DNA of 64,000 nucleotides, from assembly GCA_951804945.1 (NCBI GenBank), contig OX638160.1:40176001-40240000 (forward strand), written 5' to 3'. The translations under genes were made by a program, and so were the position numbers. Within the stretch, counting starts at the first letter, position 1, and the number at the start of each line of letters is the position of its first letter. The stretch is from Podarcis cretensis. Taxonomy: Eukaryota. A model generated the notes under the pieces. That model did not search any database. It was given only the letters and a program-made list of their open reading frames with translations, and was not told the origin of the DNA. Positions 1 through 11,618 of the stretch are shown here, piece by piece.

Positions 1-1492
1 TTATACATGCTATTTGCACTGGAATAAAGCTTCCATTGGTGCAAACGGGATCTGCCACAGCGTGGGTTAACATCCTATTCACCCAAGATATGGATTCAGC
101 TTGCTAATAGCATTAATCAGGTGTGGGGAACTCATGGTCTTCCAGACACTGCTGTTCTCTTCTGGCTAAGCGTTAAAATAGTTGAAAATAATAATAATGG
201 AAAGCCAAACTGAATACCTGTATTTGAGATTTCACATTCATAAATGGCCCTGGACAAATGGCTTATATACTCAGTAAGTGCCAGGGCAAAATAAAACATT
301 TACATCCTCAATGGATTTTGCTTAGAGCATCTGTTTCTCTTGTTGTTGGTGATGTTGATGTCACCACTTTAAAGTTATTTGAGCCTCTTTTTGTTCTGCA
401 TTGCACTTTTGGCCCTTTCTTACAATGACTTAGTTGGCGGCAGGATAAGGCCCATTGCACTGCTGTAAATTATTAATATTCATCAAATGATAATGAAAAT
501 ACATAATAATTATGACAAACACACCATCTCATTAAAACGAGAGGGGATGAAATCCTTGTGAATTTTTCATTCGAAAAATAAGGAACGTTACATTAATAAG
601 AGTTAATTGTATCATTAAATATTTACAATTACTTCCCATAGTAGATTTTATTTTTATTTAATATATTTCATTTCTAAATATGTTTAGCACTTTTATGAGA
701 GTTGTCCATAAAAAACACATCAACTTATGGAGCAAAAGAAGTATTAGCTTAATGTATTCATCATGTATATATTTTGCCACATTTTCTGTTTTATTTATCT
801 TTAAGGGAAGCTAACAATCCTTTTTATTTTATTAAAATTTATATATCTATATTCTCTTGAAATAAATATTTCATACCATTGCTAATGCATCATATACAAA
901 ATATTTATTTAATAGAAAGTATGAATCACTTGGTGTGCATTTGGCTTTAATTATTTATATTTACCTTCATGCAATATTTTCACAGGAAATTATGATTAAC
1001 GTTAAGAATCTGACTTTAACTGACAGTGGCTAGGCAATGAAGAGGGAATGCTAAAAACCAGCAAACCATTATGTTTCGGTTAAACCCCACAGTGGCCTCC
1101 CCATAGAAGGCAGAGCTTCATTCAGGGGCTCGAGCAGCGTGAGCCTGAGCCGTTTTCCTGCCTGAGGCAAATGACAAAATGGTACTCTTCTTTCTTGTAC
1201 AAAAGCCAACTCAACCAGGGAAGCAGGCCCATTTCAGGGGGGTCGAAAGCCATACATATCTCAACCAAAAGAGAGAAATGCCCCCAAGGCTTAGGATGTA
1301 ACTGTTAAGGGCCCGCTGTCATGGCCTACCCCCAAGCACTTGCCGCCTAAGGCAGTTGCCTCATTTTGTTTCATGGCAGAGCTGACCCTGGGTTCTAAAT
1401 TTCAATGGCAAATACATCAATTTACCTACTAGAGTTGCTGAGGTCACATTCACACCATGCAATTAAAGCACCATGATACCACTTTAAACAGT

Positions 1493-1729
1493 CATGCTGT
1501 CAACTTACAGATTTGAAAATAAGGGACCAGCAGCCTCGAAAATAAGGGATCAGCAGCCAAAATAAGGGATTTTCCGAGCACAGGTATGTTCAGCTTCTGA
1601 GCCCCTCCGAGCCAAAGGCAGAAAGCCCAGCCAGCAGCCAAATGAAGCCTCATCTGTAAGGGACAGCAACGGGACATGGCGCTGGGATAAGGGGCTGTCT
1701 CGCCAAATAAGGGACACTTGACAGCTATG
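1493..1729. mobile_element. hAT-like MITE nested in Harbinger-like MITE
   Basis: Termini catgctgtcaa / ttgacagctatg and repeated internal aaataaggga motifs. It interrupts the host sequence. Confidence 0.5.
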
Positions 1730-1877
1730 ATGGTATCCCTCAAAGAAAACTGGCAGCTGAAGTTTGTTAAGGGTTCTGGGAGTTCCCCTCCCCAGAACTA
1801 CCATTCCTGGAGTTCCCTGAGAAGTTAAACCACTTGGAGAATCATAGCTCTGGGAGCGCAATAGGGGGTCTCCTAAC

Positions 1878-2840
1878 TGTTGGTTTCTGCTTCCTTCACT
1901 GTGCAGCAAAATACTTGTCACAAGACAGTTGTTTACATTCTACAGTCAGCGTTACTGTTGGGTTCCCACGGGAAATGGGAGACTGGATGTGACGTACACT
2001 GGTTTCTTGTTTTTCACTGTTCTCTCAGTTTCTTTGTAGAATCATAGAATCATAGAATTATAGAGTTGGAAGAGACCACAAGGGCCATCGAGTCCAACCC
2101 CCTGCCAAGCAGGAAACACCATCAGAGCACTCCTGACATATGGTTGTCAAGCCTCTGCTTAAAGACCGCCAAAGAAGGAGACTCCACCACACTCCTTGGC
2201 AGCAAATTCCACTGTCAAACAGCTCTTACTGTCAGGAAGTTCTTCCTAATGTTTAGGTGGAATCTTCTTTCTTGTAGTTTGGATCCATTGCTCCGTGTCT
2301 GCTTCTCTGGAGCAGCAGAAAACAACCTTTCTCCCTCCCCTATGTGACATCCTTTTATATATTTGAACATGGCTATCATATCACCCCTTAACCTCCTCTT
2401 CTCCAGGCTAAACATGCCCAGCTCCCTTAGCCGTTCCTCATAAGGCATCGTTTCCAGGCCTTTGACCATTTTGGTTGCCCTCCTCTGGACACATTCCAGT
2501 TTGTCAGTGTCCTTCTTGAACTGTGGTGCCCAGAACTGGACACAGTACTCCAGGTGAGGTCTGACCAGAGCAGAATACAGTGGCACTATTACTTTCCTTG
2601 ATCTAGATGCTATACTCCTATTGATGCTATTATTGATCCTATTGTTAGAGAGATAGTTGCTTCTCTGCTCTCACAGAGGCAAGATGCATGTTTGTATTCT
2701 CTCAGCATAGAGTGTAAATAAAGTTAAAGAATGTAGCACATACTGCTTATCCTTCTGCTGTGTGGACTACTCTGCTTGGGCTCAAGATAAGACGAGCCTG
2801 TATCAGCTTCAGATGGGCCGAAGCTGGTCAAAATCTCACA
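1878..2840 (+). mobile_element. solo LTR (about 360 bp) split by a CR1 insertion
   Basis: TG...CA termini, 5-bp TSD CTAAC (1873-1877 and 2841-2845) and AATAAA near 2717. The host MITE rejoins as ctcctaac-aactctcagc. Confidence 0.75.
2037..2627 (-). mobile_element. CR1 LINE 3' fragment (ORF2 C-terminus and 3' UTR)
   Basis: ORF 2215-2586 [25 protein letters not shown]...[14 protein letters not shown] is typical CR1 ORF2. The (ATTCTATG)n tail is on the minus strand from 2037. Confidence 0.95.
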
Positions 2841-5253
2841 CTAACAACTCTCAGCCCCCACAACAAACTTCACCTGTCATAAATCGTTTGGGAAAGCTAT
2901 GACTGCTGTCATAGTACTTCAACTATATGGTGTGAATGTGGCCAAAGTCAAGAGGTTAGAATAAACTACGCACAGTTATATAATTGTGCCTGCATTCCTC
3001 AGTTCTTTTCACTTCAAAAAATATCTAGAATATTCAGTTTTCCATTTGTTTAAGGGATTTGCTTAAAAGCACTGGAATAAGTGATAACAAGATTAGTCAA
3101 TACAACAGATAAATCTAGGCAGTTGGCTCAGAGCAGGTGCTGGCCTTGGGAGTCAAAACTGACAGCCATCATCATTCCCAGCCATTATCCCTGCATGATC
3201 TTCTTGGTCTTGCTTTCCTATGCACTGGCATCACTGTTTGATGACCAAATTACAAATGACATGCATGGCATGTGTGGTTTGTGCCAGAGTGGAAGATAAT
3301 GGAGCTCCTTCCTGATAGCTACTTTTGATTTCAGCAACAGCAGCCCATGACAGGACAGCACTGTTCCATACCTTCCAACAACATTCCTCATTAAAATAGG
3401 GACATTCTGTTCTAAAGCCCCTATTTTCACATGGTCTTAGTAGCTTGAGTTCTCCTTTAGGTCTATGCTAGTAATTAGTCCTAGTACTATGCTAGTACCT
3501 CGAGTGTTGATGCTCTAGTCTAGATAGATGCCCAGAAACAGAAGCTTGGACTGGACAAGTTGTGAAGAAAACCTACAGTACTGGAATTTACTGAGCAGCA
3601 GATCCATTTCAGGCTCCTAGTTCTAGCCATCTACTCCTGAGTACCAAATCCATTGTTGTTTCCTTCTGTGTTTTCCTACAGATGGATTTCTTGATTACTA
3701 TGACTCTCAACTTGGTTTCACCTGATACTTGGGTCTTCACCTCTCACCAAACACACTTTAGCTCCTGGCTGCTTGGACCTTCTGCTGCACATTCCTCCAG
3801 GAAGTCCTGTTCTCAACCAAGGCAGCCCTAAGCATAGCAGTGAGCCAGAGGAGAGCAGTTCAAAGGCGAGTGGGACGATATAGGATTGGACTTGGCAGAA
3901 AGGTAAGTTGGAGGTGCAGAAGCAGCTCATGTGGAGCAGAGAAAGGGATGCAGATGTACCAGTAGAGCCACGCAAGCCGTCTTGCTGGTGTGTCTGAACA
4001 GCCGTGACCTTGCTGCCGCTTGTGCCTTCCTGTTCCAAGAAGCAGCAGTGATCCCACTAGTGGGAGACTGTTTGCTGTGGTTCCACCCAATTGTGTGCAC
4101 TGCTTCTTAGAGCTGTTGTAAGGAAGGGAAGACATCAGGTCAGAGCTACAGCGGAGGAGCACTGAGCATAGAAGACACAATCTAGGGTGTAATTAGAGAT
4201 GCTTGAGACAAATCATTTCAGTTTGCTTGTAAATTGAATTATGAACACTGAAACTACGGTAAGTGGGAGTGGGGATCCCTGAAAGATAAAAGCTCAGGAG
4301 GCTTATGGTTGACTTTTAGGAATCACAGATAATCTTCAACTTGAAGGAAGAAGGCATCTGGACAGCAAATGAACTCCAATAATTTAGACCTTATACGTGT
4401 TTAGTTGCTTGTTATACAATATATGGAGAACACCCAATGCCTGTAAACTAATGATAATTAAAACTGTGTATTGCACAACCAGATCAGACATTTGATCAGG
4501 CTACTGCGCAGGTTAAAAATAAAAGAGGTTTTAAAAATATTAACAATTTGGCAATTGGAAATGTGTTTAAACTGTAGGATTTCCTGAAATGTGTTTGTGT
4601 GTGTTGCAGTGGTCCTAATTCTAAATTACCCCAGAATGCCGAACTACTTATTTTAGTGAGGAACACAACATGGGTATTGTTAGGTACCAAAGCAAGGTGA
4701 TATTATTGCCCTTTATCCAGATTTTTCCCTGGGCAAATTAAGGTAGTTTGGAGGGGACATAAAACAGGCAAGGTCCTGGCAAAAATGGAGGGTATTTCAC
4801 TATGACTATAGCACTGAATCATTAGGATGAGAAAGAATGATTAGATGTGTTATTGCTAAATTAAAATACATTTCACTGAAATGGGTTAACATCCTTCATG
4901 TGGTCATGCACGCAAGGATGGCTTCTTCAGCAAAGGAATGACTAGAAAGGAGGAAATGAGTAATGTGATGATACCCATATTTGGGGGAAATCCTGCACAA
5001 ACGCTGGCCCCTTTAAACCAGTTTTTCTATTCCATGCAGTGCCTTAGGTGAGGTTAACAGAATAACAAGAATAATACCAATAAACCCGTTCTTGAGAAAT
5101 AGGGAGGAGAAGAGTTCTCACGATAGAAAACCCACAAACTGGGTTACCAGCTCAATCCTGGAGTGGTGATAACGGGCACAAAAACGAACAGATTTTGCCT
5201 TTCTTGGAAGTTATTCCTATGCAAGTCACTTCCTGTAAAAGTGTAATCTTTCT

Positions 5254-5271
5254 AAAAAAAAAAAAAAAAAA

Positions 5272-5311
<40 letters not shown>

Positions 5312-5322
5312 AAAAGAAAAAA
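5254..5322. repeat. poly(A) plus (AAAG)n microsatellite
   Basis: Directly visible. Confidence 0.95.
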
Positions 5323-5866
5323 CATTGCAGAGGAAATCCTGCTCTGTAATTACACAAAAGAACTTGAAGGCATTTGCAGGAAATGCAACTTGTTTAGCCT
5401 GGAACACATCCTTTGACTTTTCGGTGGTGAAAGCTTTTCTCCCCACCTAATTCAGGGGGTGGAGAACCTTTTTCTGTCTGAGGGGCACATTCTTTCATGG
5501 GGAGACCCATGTTCCAGTAGTGGACCTTCTGAGACCCATGTTCCAGTAGTGGGCCACCACCTGAGGCAAGAGTGATTGAAGCAATGCTTGTGTCTCTTAC
5601 CTTTGCACAGCGGGCTGCATGATTCCCATACAAAGGTCAGAGGTATCTGCACACACACCTCTCTCTCCATCTCCTACCAGGCAAGGGAGAACATTGTCAC
5701 CCTTTAAGCGCTCCTTCCATCCAGGCAAAAGCATTCAAGGAAGGTGCAGAGTGGGGGTATGTCCTAAAAAGAAGAGTGCCTGGCCTGGAAAGGAAGTGTA
5801 TCCTGGGAAGTGTGTGGTTTAAAGGACCACATCCAGCCCTTAGCCTGAAGCCCCCAACCTTCATGG

Positions 5867-6069
5867 CAGGGACGCCAACTTGAATAAAATATTGGGGGGG
5901 GGGCAGGTAAGCACCACCCCACACGATCAATCACATGACGCAGTGTATGCATGCTATTTGAATGGCAATGCCCATCAACTGGGGGCTGTGATAGGAGGGC
6001 TTGCCCCCCTCAAATATTTTATTGGGGGGGTGTCAAAGGGCCCCTGGCCCCTAGGAGTTGGCTTCTATG
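5867..6069. mobile_element. hAT-like MITE
   Basis: Imperfect TIRs cagggacgccaact / agttggcttctatg. 8-bp flanks cttcatgg / tttcctgg match 6/8. Confidence 0.55.
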
Positions 6070-6914
6070 TTTCCTGGCCTTACCCTTTTGTCATTAGGTT
6101 CAATTTTTCTGACCTTGGAGCCATACACAAAAATCCAAGGGGAGTCAACAGAAGCAAATTGAGCCTTTTTATCTTCAACATTAAAAGTTCAAGAAAGGAA
6201 AGGAAAGCTGTCTTGTTTCCTTTGTGTCCTTAACTTCAAATTATGAGGATATGACACGAGGAAGAATGAACTCAGGCAGTCGCATTTTGACCAAGCTCAC
6301 TATATATGCCATTTTGATTTCGTACTTGGGGCTCGGACTATTGACATGTAATGATTTGGATGTAAATCACATGGTTTGATGGCCAGGGAAGTTATAGGGC
6401 ATTTTATGCAAAGCAATAATATAAAAAAAGTCTATTGAACTAATCACCGGTTAATCTGACACTTAATGGAATAAGTAATGCTAAGTATGACATGAGGGCA
6501 GCGTTAAGCTTTAATCAATTCTGCTTGGGTCAAAGGTGCTAGTTTTGCTGATGGCAGGAGACAGAAGATGGAGAAGCTTTACAGAAGAGTCCCTGCACTT
6601 CATTATCCCAGGTGAACAAACGGCTGCTCTCAGGCAAACTGTGAACTTAATGACTAGAGCATGTGAGAGTTTTCTTATTAATTTTGTTATTATTTTGCCG
6701 CTGCTGTGTTTTGTGTTTTTTAATGAAGAGGGTGTCTCGTGATCTCTTTGAAGACACCTTCACCTGGAGTTGGCAGACTTGATCGGAATTAAGGATGCAG
6801 AAGGAAACTCAGAATCTCACCTGTTGCTGGCCTTTCAGTAAGATCTGCCTCACCTGCTGATCACTAGCCATGCTTATGGGTTTATCTCTAATGCCTCCAC
6901 ACTGTACATACATA

Positions 6915-7156
6915 CAGTGGTACCTCAAGTTACATACGCTTCAGGTTACATACGCTTCAGGTTACAGACTCCGCTAACCCAGAAACAATGCTTCAGGTTA
7001 AGAACTTTGCTTCAGGATGAGAACAGAAATCGTGCTCTGGCGGCGCGGCAGCAGCAGGAGGCCCCATTAGCTAAAGTGGTGCTTCAGGTTAAGAACAGTT
7101 TCAGGTTAAGAACGGACCTCCGGAACGAATTAAGTACTTAACCTGAGGTACCACTG
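6915..7156. mobile_element. Tc1/mariner (pogo/Tigger-like) MITE, family A
   Basis: TIR CAGTGGTACCTC / GAGGTACCACTG with TA on both sides. Several further copies occur in the window. Confidence 0.9.
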
Positions 7157-7299
7157 TACAAGCGAAATGGTCAGAGCAAGAGAGGAGAAATCACAAGGAC
7201 AAGCTTTTTGGTTGTAAGGCAGAGCAAGTGTCCTGCGTGCAGCTATATGTAGGGCTCATGATTTCAGACAAAATTATTATGATTTGATTATTTATTTTA

Positions 7300-8190
7300 T
7301 TCATTTATTAATTTGGCAGACCACCCTTCATCCAAAGATCACACAGCAGCTCACAACCTAAATATACAAAATAAGAACATAAAATGCATAAAAAACAAAA
7401 GCAGGAACAAACAAATAACTACCACCCCACACAAACATTTAAAAGACCATAGAATGTTAATCACCCAAAGGCCTTGTTATACAGAAACTTTTTTTGCCTG
7501 GCACCTAAATTCATGTAATGATGCTGCCAAGTGAGCCTACCTGGGGAGAGTATTCCACAAATAGGGAGCCACCTCAGAAAAGGCCCCTTCTTGTGTTGCC
7601 ACCCTCCAGGCCTCTTGGGGAGGAGGCACATAAGGAAGGGCCTCACATGATGATTGCAGAGTCTGGGTAGGTTCATATGGAGAGAGCCATTTAAGGCTTT
7701 ATAGGTCAAAACCGGGACGCGGGTGGCGCTGTGAGTTAAACCACAGAGCCTAGGGCTTGCCGATCAGAAGGTTGGCGGTTCGAATCCCCGCGACGGGGTG
7801 AGCTCCCATTGCTCGGTCCCTGCTCCTGCCAACCTAGCAGTTCGAAAGCACGTCAAAGTGCAAGTAGATAAATAGGTACCACTCCGGCGGGAAGGTAAAC
7901 GGCGTTTCCGTGTGCTGCTCTGGTTTGCCAGAAGCGGTTTAGTCATGCTGGCCACATGACCCAGAAGCTGTACGCCGGCTCCCTTGGCCAGTAAAGCAAG
8001 ATGAGCGCCGCAACCCCAGAGTCGGCCACGACTGGACCTAACAGTCAGGGGTCCCTTTACCTTTATCTAGGTCAAAACCAGCACTGGAAACTAATTGGCA
8101 GCCAGTGCAGTCAGACCAGGATCAGTGTAAGACGCTCTAATTGTCTTGTCTCAGTGAGCAACCTGGCCGCCGAATTATGCACCAGCTAAA
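7300..8190 (-). mobile_element. L2 LINE 3' fragment, interrupted by a Sauria SINE
   Basis: The minus strand shows a degenerate RAFS-x-APxLWNxLP-type ORF2 C-terminus and an L2-type AT-rich 3' UTR. It is similar to 25420-26420. Confidence 0.75.
7714..8067 (+). mobile_element. Sauria SINE (Squam1), full length
   Basis: tRNA-derived head gggacgcgggtggcgctgtg with B box ggttcgaatcc, BovB-like 3' end gagtcggccacgact, (ACCTTT) tail and 12-bp TSD TAGGTCAAAACC (7702-7713, 8068-8079). Confidence 0.95.
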
Positions 8191-9549
8191 GTTTTGCCCT
8201 GAATGTGTGCATAAAAATTAAATGTTAAACCTCACTACAACAACCAACAAATTCCTAGGATGGCAATCCTAAACTGATCTTGGAATGGATGAATCTGTCA
8301 ATTTCTGCTTTTCTCGGTTTCTTTTCTCACTTTTCCAGTATTAACCTCATTTCTGTATCAGTTTGCTCATTTTAGGTTTTTTTTTAAAAATGCATGAAAT
8401 ACACATTTTTCATGGTCATTCCTCCTAACACAGACATATTTGTATGTAAGTTTGCCTAATATAAACTTTTTTTTTTTACAAGCAGATATTCCTCCACAGG
8501 ACGAACCTTTTGTATGCCCACCCCAACTAATATATATTTCCTTGCCCCATCTTTCTCTAATATGGTTGTTTGTTTGTTTTTGGCTGGAAAATTACATTGA
8601 ATAATTTGCAGAAGTGTGAATTTTGAAGAATAGCTGCAATTCACTTCATGTAATGGTTTGAGAAATGTAAACCAGGTAAGTTCACATTAACTGAACAAAC
8701 TTCTCTTTGATCCTTCTTAGAGAGCAAGGCCCACTGAATGTAGCGAGACTTCTGAGCAAACATGCCGAGTACTTTGTGCTTTCGAGATCTTATTATAGCT
8801 ACAGATATGCCAGCTGGCACACTGAACACAAACCTTAGATGAACTCCAAAAGGCATCAACCAGAGCAGTGAGTTAGGGTGTGGTTGGGTTAGAAAACATT
8901 TGCTGTGTGTTTATTACTCTTGAATAGATTTTTTTTCCCCAGACAGGTGCCTGTGAGGTGGTTCTAATCATTTGGTTCATAAGAATATGCCACTCATATA
9001 AAGTAATAAAGCCTTGGCTAAGGGTATTCTGTCCTAGCATCGAGACATGAATATAATGCAACGCTTTGCCTTCATCTAACTAATACATATGGACAGCGCT
9101 GCACATTGTACCATTGTAAGCAGCTCCTTCCGGCCCCCGTGGAAAAAAGTAGCGAGAAATGTCAAGAACCAGCCATTAAATGTCTTGATAGATTTAGAAA
9201 GTGCAAAGCTCACCTTATTTTTCCATAACTTGTTCTGTCATATTTTAACAAAATGCTATTTTGGGTTTTTAATTTTTTTTAAAGGACTTCATTTTCTGAT
9301 TTACAAGTTTCAAGATGGTGCTATGGAACATTTAATTAATCCACTTCGCTGCACTTCCACATTGGCTATAAGCACAGAAGGAAGCTTCTGCATTTGGGTC
9401 ATCATCTTCACTGGCTTGTGGTAGACACTGATATCTACAGATGTGCAGCCCTGACCTCACCACCTGACCTCACCATCACCCTGCCCCACACGAGTCCTGC
9501 AGTGATGGTGGTGTTGGGAGCAAGGCTCCAGCCCACTCCACAGCCTTCT

Positions 9550-10002
9550 TCTTCTTCTTCTTGTTTAGTCGTGTAGTCGTGTCCTATTCTTCGTGACCCC
9601 ATGAACCAGAGCACACCAGGCACTCCTGTCTTCCACTGCCTCCCGCAGTTTGGTCAAACTCATGCTGGTAGCTTCGAGAACAGTGTCCAACCATCTCATC
9701 CTCTGTTGTCCGCTTCTCCTTGTGCCCTCCATCTTTCCCAACATCAGGGTCTTTTCCAGGGAGTCTTCTCTTCTCATGAGGTGGCCAAAGTATTGGAGCC
9801 TCAGCTTCAGGATCTGTCCTTCCAGTGAGCACTCAGGGCTGATTTCCTTAAGAATGGATAGGTTTGATCTTCTTGCAGTCCATGGGACTCTCAAGAGTCT
9901 CCTCCAACACCATAATTCAAAAGCATCAATTCTTCGGCGATCAGCCTTCTTTATGGTCCAGCTCTCACTTCCATACATCTCCAGCTCTCACTTCCATATA
10001 CC
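9550..10002 (-). mobile_element. BovB (RTE) LINE 3' fragment
   Basis: ORF MYGSESWTIKKADRRRIDAFELWCWRRLLRVPWTARRSN. 12-bp TSD CCACAGCCTTCT (9538-9549, 10003-10014). Confidence 0.95.
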
Positions 10003-10108
10003 CCACAGCCTTCTATCCACAGCCAACTATCCACAGCACAATAATCGTTCCCTCAACGGTCAATGGCATTTACTACCTTACAAATGTGCACAGCTTTGAA
10101 ATTTCTAT

Positions 10109-10333
10109 CAGACCCTCCAAGTGTCCCTATTTTCCAGGGACAGTTCTGGATTTACAGAAGCCATCCCAGTTTCTGATTTGATCCCAGAATGTCCCACTTT
10201 TCCTTAGGATGTCCCTATTTTCATTGGGGAAATGTTGGAAGTTCTGCAACCCCTGAGCCAAGGAGATAGCAACTGACTATACACCCTTTAGAAGCCTACT
10301 GAAGGCAGCCCTGTATAGGGAAGTTTTTTTAAT

Positions 10334-10379
<46 letters not shown>

Positions 10380-10669
10380 TATTTATACCCTACCCATCTG
10401 GCTGGGTTTCTCCAGCTGCTCTGGGCGGCTCCCAACAGAATATTAAAAACACGATAAACCATCAAACATTAAAACTTCCCCAAAGAGAGCTGCCTTCAGA
10501 TGCCTTCTAAAAGTCAGGTAGTTGTTTATTTCCTTGACTTCTGATGGGAGGATGTTCCACAGGGCAGGCGCCACTACCGAGAAGGCCCTCTGCCTGGTTT
10601 AATGTTTTATTATGTTTTTATAATGTTGTAAGCTGTCCAGGGTGGGTGGGGCAACCCAGTAAAATGGGC

Positions 10670-10711
<42 letters not shown>

Positions 10712-10765
10712 GTTATTATTGAATAGGATGTCCCTATTTTCATCAGAGAAATGTTGGCGGGTGTG
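10109..10765. mobile_element. composite DNA-transposon MITE carrying an L2 3' end
   Basis: TIR-like cagaccctccaa / ttggcgggtgtg, TTCTAT on both flanks, repeated gtccctatttt motifs, and an internal plus-strand L2-type 3' UTR. Confidence 0.65.
10337..10597 (-). mobile_element. L2 LINE 3' fragment with (TTA)n tail
   Basis: 9-bp TSD TTTAATGTT (10328-10336, 10598-10606). The minus strand encodes RQRAFSVVAPALWNILP. It is the same family as 33614-33820. Confidence 0.85.
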
Positions 10766-10835
10766 TTCTATATGTAAGGCTGCAATGCTATACCCACTTC
10801 CTTAAGTTTAAGGCCTGTGGAACACAATGAAACTT

Positions 10836-11618
10836 GTTGTTTAGTCGTTGAGTCGTGTCCGACTCTTCATGACCCCATGGACCAGAGCACGCCAGGCACT
10901 CCTGTCTTCCACTGCCTCCTGCAGTTTGGTCAGACTCATGTTTGTCGCTTCAAGAACAGTGTCCAACCATCTCATCCTCTGTCGTCCGCTTCTCCTTGTG
11001 CCCTCCATCTTTCCCAACATCAGGGTCTTTTCCAGGGAGTCTTCTCTTCTCATGAGGTGGCCAAAGTATTGGAGCCTCAGCTTCACAATCTGTCCTTCCA
11101 GTGAGCACCCAGGGCTGATTTCCTTAAGAATGGATGTGTTTGATCTTCTTGCAGTCCATGGGACTCTCAAGAGTCTCCTCCAGCACCATAATTCAAAAGC
11201 ATCAATTCTTCGGCGATCAGCCTTCTTTATGGTCCAGCTCTCACTTCCATACATCACTACTGGGAAAACCATGGCTTTAACTATACGGACCTTTGTTGGC
11301 AGGTGATGTCTCTGCTTTTTAATATGTTGTCTAGGTTTGCCATCGCCTTTCTCCCAAGGAGGAGGCGTCTTTTAATTTTGTGACTGCTGTCACCATCTGC
11401 AGTGATCATGGAGCCCAAGAAAGTAAAATCTCTCACTGCCTCCATTTCTTCCCCTTCTATTTGCCAGGGGGTGATGGCCCCAGTGGCCATGATCTTCGTT
11501 TTTTTGATGTTGAGCTTCAGACCATATTTTGTGCTCTCCTCTTTCACCCTCATTAAAAGGTTCTTTAATTCCTCCTCACTTTCTGCCATCAAGGTTGTGT
11601 CATCTGCATATCTTACCT
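10836..11618 (-). mobile_element. BovB (RTE) LINE 3' fragment
   Basis: ORFs RYADDTTLMAESEEELK... and MVFPVVMYGSESW... with one frameshift. 11-bp TSD CAATGAAACTT (10825-10835, 11619-11629). Confidence 0.95.

Larger units (their letters stand above)
1442..2943. mobile_element. PIF/Harbinger-like MITE hosting nested insertions
   Basis: TIRs ggtcacattcacaccat (1442) and atggtgtgaatgtggcc (ends 2943) match 16/17. The internal sequence resembles the uninterrupted copy at 37822-38149. TSD is degraded. Confidence 0.65.

Noticed and set aside
2643-2846. Separate 204-bp element bounded by TGTTAG...CTAACA
   Set aside because: It is better explained as the distal part of the LTR 1878-2840 plus its CTAAC TSD, and it has no TSD of its own.
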